Positions 50,256 through 54,136 of a stretch of DNA of 54,136 nt are shown here, one piece after another. The DNA comes from Octopus bimaculoides. Taxonomy: Eukaryota. Numbering within the stretch: position 1 is the first letter of the stretch; each line of letters opens with the position of its first letter. Location of the stretch: positions 62,945,444 through 62,999,579 of the forward strand of contig NC_068989.1 in NCBI RefSeq assembly GCF_001194135.2, read 5' to 3'. The notes beneath the pieces were generated by a model. The model did no database searches, was not told the DNA's origin, and saw only the letters and a list, made by a program, of their open reading frames with translations. Position numbers and translations under genes: made by a program.

Positions 50256-51983
50256 TATTTCAAATCGTTGCGTAATATACTATAGAAAATACATTCCTTG
50301 CGCAAAGCGTTTGTCTCTGGTTGAATGTGTATAGAGTGGCCGGTGAAAAAGAAATGTGCTACATTTCACGAAGAAATAATTACTTATGCCCGCCAAATTT
50401 AAACCAAGTTTTGTCGTTTGACGAGAAAGTTTAGTTATAATATCAGATAATATTTGAGCTGACAAACGACTGGAATTAATGATAAGTGCATAGATGTGAA
50501 CTGATTAGTGCACAGATGTGACTTACTGTGGAGCGTAATTCAGCCTGATAATATACCTGCTTAGATTTTATTACACAATACGTTAACAATAAGTTAAATT
50601 TCGAATATAAATATAATTCCATACATCTGTAGGTGGATTCTGATGTGGTATAGTAATATATATATATATACGTACATACCTAAATACCAACATACATATA
50701 CATATGCACACATAATAGATATGTTCTTAGATACACACGAGATCGCGAGCGCACACAATTTCACACACATTCAGAGAGAGACAGTCACGCACACGCATCT
50801 GTGTGACTGTCTCTCTCTGAACGTGTGCGTGTGTGTGTGTGAGTTTGCTGTGTGCATGTGTGTAAACAGAATTATTAATGAGTAAATTCTACTAGAATTC
50901 AATACGCGCAGCCAAGCATTAGATAATATTTTAGAATGAGGGAATAAGGCAGAAATTTAACTTCTATATAATATGTTAATGACATAATATCCCCATTTCA
51001 GCGAATTCAATAATTACACAGGGTAATATTTCTCACTGTGTGAAATTGTCTAATCTATATCATAAATATTATTATATTCATATCATTTAAACTGATCGAA
51101 GAAAATTAAAATATATTTCATTATATTATAAATCAGACTTATTTGATTTAATTGTGCTGATATTGAACACATTTCATTAAAATCTGTTTGTTCTTAATAT
51201 ATGATATAAATTTTATGTAAAATGATTTCCTGTCTATTGAAAAGTGTGTTGATTCATCAATCAAAAAGTTTAATATGTTATTATTACATGGTTAGTTACC
51301 ACACTTCATGTCTATGCAAATAAGAGATCTTTATATTTATAGCAAATTAGTTCTCGCTTCATGAGTTTACATCTCATGATGATATATTTAGTTTTATAAA
51401 TAAAACTGGATCTGACTTTTAATATATAAATATAACAATTCAGGAAAAACTGTAACAAATTATTCAATTCTTATGGTATTGCAACAATGATTTCTGATAC
51501 ATCAACCAGGAAGCGTGTCAGATCAATTTAATGGGACAACAGACGTATATCGTGCAAGAATTAGTAAAAAGCTTTCTATTCTCGTTTGGAACCACATCAT
51601 TTCCTCTACACATTTCCTGTTTCTTGGACGAATCATTGCTATAAAATATTTCCTCGTGTGTCTCACTTGGATCATTGTAACATTTCAAAGGAAGATACAG
51701 ACAATTTGGCCCATTTTCTGCACTTTAACTATATTATTAGATATATGATAAAGTAATTAAAACTATACTCCACTTTAGTAATAATTTTTGCATAAAAGTC
51801 TAACAGTAATAAGTATCAAGCAGCACCTAGAAATGTGTATCTTGATCATAACTCTGTTAACTGCCAGAAGAGCGGGAACGTGAAACACCGAGCAGCAGCT
51901 TTTTGTGATGTACTTGCCGCTTTAACAATAAAATACCTCCAGTATTATATTTTCTACGTTGTTTCTCATTTATATGCTTACTC

Positions 51984-52032
<49 letters not shown>

Positions 52033-53038
52033 GGAGAGTATTGTAGCTCGCTTGAAGCATTGTGTATTGTTTGTAAAGTATAAAATGTTTTGGATGGTGC
52101 AACAATGCGCTATAATACAAAAAATGGACTATATACCTGTTGTAATTTAGTTATTTATAGTCCGATGATATTTCGGAATATAATTCCTTCTTCAGATATT
52201 CTTAGATGGAGTCACTGTTATGTATATACATATAATTTTATTAGAGGATATATTAACATCGTAAAGAGATAACGGAATGATTACATCGCAGAAAACACTG
52301 GTTCTATACCTAATTTTTATGGGAAATAAGATTTCCGTAAATCAATAGGTATATAATATGCATATAATCGGAAGTCAATTGATAGAAGAAAAGCAAATGG
52401 GGAGTTGAAAGTTAATAATTATTTATTACTAAATTGATTATTCTTACTTCCTACAGTTTTTTCCATTTGTGCTCATTGAATAAATAATAAATTCATGCTT
52501 TAAATTTGCATTTATGAGATATTAGCAAAATATCATCAGGGAGAAAGATATACAATAAAAGATTACATGTTGACCTCTTAGTTCATACCAGCGGGCTAAA
52601 TATATGCAGTTGTGTGTGGGTGAGGGTTAACGGATTAATTTGAATATAGTAAGAAATAAATTAAAATAAATAATAAAGTAGAATAAAATAAAATAATATA
52701 AAAAGTAAAATACAATATAAATATAAATAAAGTGTATTAAAATATAAAATGAAAAATAAAAGTCGAACAACAAAAGTAAAATCAAATAGAATAAAATATA
52801 CATATATAGATAAATATGTACATATATANNNNNNNNNNNNNNNNNNNNNNNNNNNNNNNNNNNNNNNNNNNNNNNNNNNNNNNNNNNNNNNNNNNNNNNN
52901 NNNNNNNNNNNNNNNNNNNNNNNNNNNNNNNNNNNNNNNNNNNNNNNNNNNNNNNNNNNNNNNNNNNNNNNNNNNNNNNNNNNNNNNNNNNNNNNNNNNN
53001 NNNNNNNNNNNNNNNNNNNNNNNNNNNNNNNNNNNNNN

Positions 53039-53071
<33 letters not shown>

Positions 53072-54020
53072 TGTACATGCTTTTGCACATATTCTGTTGG
53101 AGATTTTATATGACTTTGCAAAACTAACCATCTCCCATCTGATATGAAAAGCAATGTTATCATCCTTTAATTCTCATATGAATTTATTTAATCCGGTAGA
53201 ATTAATTTTTTTTTGTCTTATCTTAAAGCTCTATTTTCTGTTGACCCTATATACTGAACTTTCTTTCTTTGAGATTCAACTATACATTGGTAAACTAAGT
53301 TATCTTTCTTGCATAAATTTTAAAATTTACAATTAATTTTAACTTTACAGGCGCAAGTTTCATAATATTCAAAGTATTATTAGGAATCGATATAATATGG
53401 GTTATTTCCCTCAAATCATTAAGGCATATATAATCAATATATATATATATATGGTTTCGTCAATATGACTTGTAGTCCTGTTAATGAGCTAAAGTATGAC
53501 AGATGTATTCAAAAAACTTCCCTACTCTAGCGATTTCATGGTTAATACAGCTGATTGGAGTCTGACACGATGTATAAGAGTTAAACAGTTTACCGCTGCA
53601 GTTTATGTCATATCATATGTGTCAAATCAGAATGAATATGTCAATTCGACAATATTTCTAAAGCACATTGCAATTAAATAAATTCATTTTTTTTACTCTG
53701 TAGGGAATGTTGTTTCGGTCTCATGTTTTAGGGCTGCTCGGATTTAGCACTTCAATTTGCAATTGAGAGAAAACATGCAACATGTAATAAATTGTCTTGT
53801 GATATAAATATACCCAGAAGTTTGCAATCATGTAATGGATTTTACTGAAGTTTCATGTATCTTTTCCGATTTGTTGTTTATATTCAAACGCATAGCTTAC
53901 AGTAAAATAGCATGCAGATCATTTCACGGTATGAGGGAATAAACCAGATGCTACTAAAAGGTTTCAAATATATATCCACGGAAAACAAACGTTAGTGTGA
54001 TACAGATACAATCATAGATA

Positions 54021-54026
54021 TAAGTA

Positions 54027-54081
<55 letters not shown>

Positions 54082-54136
54082 GTGTATATGTCTCTCTCTC
54101 TCCCCCTCTCTCTCTCTCCCTCCCCCTCTCTCTCTC
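54021..54136. repeat. (TATC)n then (CT)n microsatellites
   Basis: Direct inspection. Confidence 0.95.

Overview
AT-rich, heavily gapped eukaryotic draft-genome window. The dense (TA)n/(CA)n/(ATT)n microsatellites and the recurring tRNA-derived SINE families suggest an Octopus-like cephalopod; this is inferred from repeat recognition, not from a search. I find no intact host protein-coding gene, and nearly all ORFs in the supplied track are artefacts of microsatellites or N-gaps. The window is a transposable-element graveyard. It holds three SINE families, an internally deleted Tc1/mariner (DUF4817-type) element, a decayed CRE-like RT fragment, a Penelope-like GIY-YIG element, and two copies of a long-TIR element carrying telomere-like repeats. 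At 21.6-27.8 kb, six R4/Dong-type LINE pieces all lie on the minus strand with their 3' ends in or beside (ATT)n-type arrays. The strongest signal not explained by ORFs is a set of type I hammerhead ribozyme (HHR) motifs. One has an intact catalytic core (9737-9801, minus). A pair sits inside a 211-bp-arm near-perfect inverted repeat (31853-32327). A decayed one lies downstream of the Penelope ORF (48903-48944). There is also a diverged, unexplained non-coding block repeated about 12.9 kb apart. All alignments and translations were done by eye.
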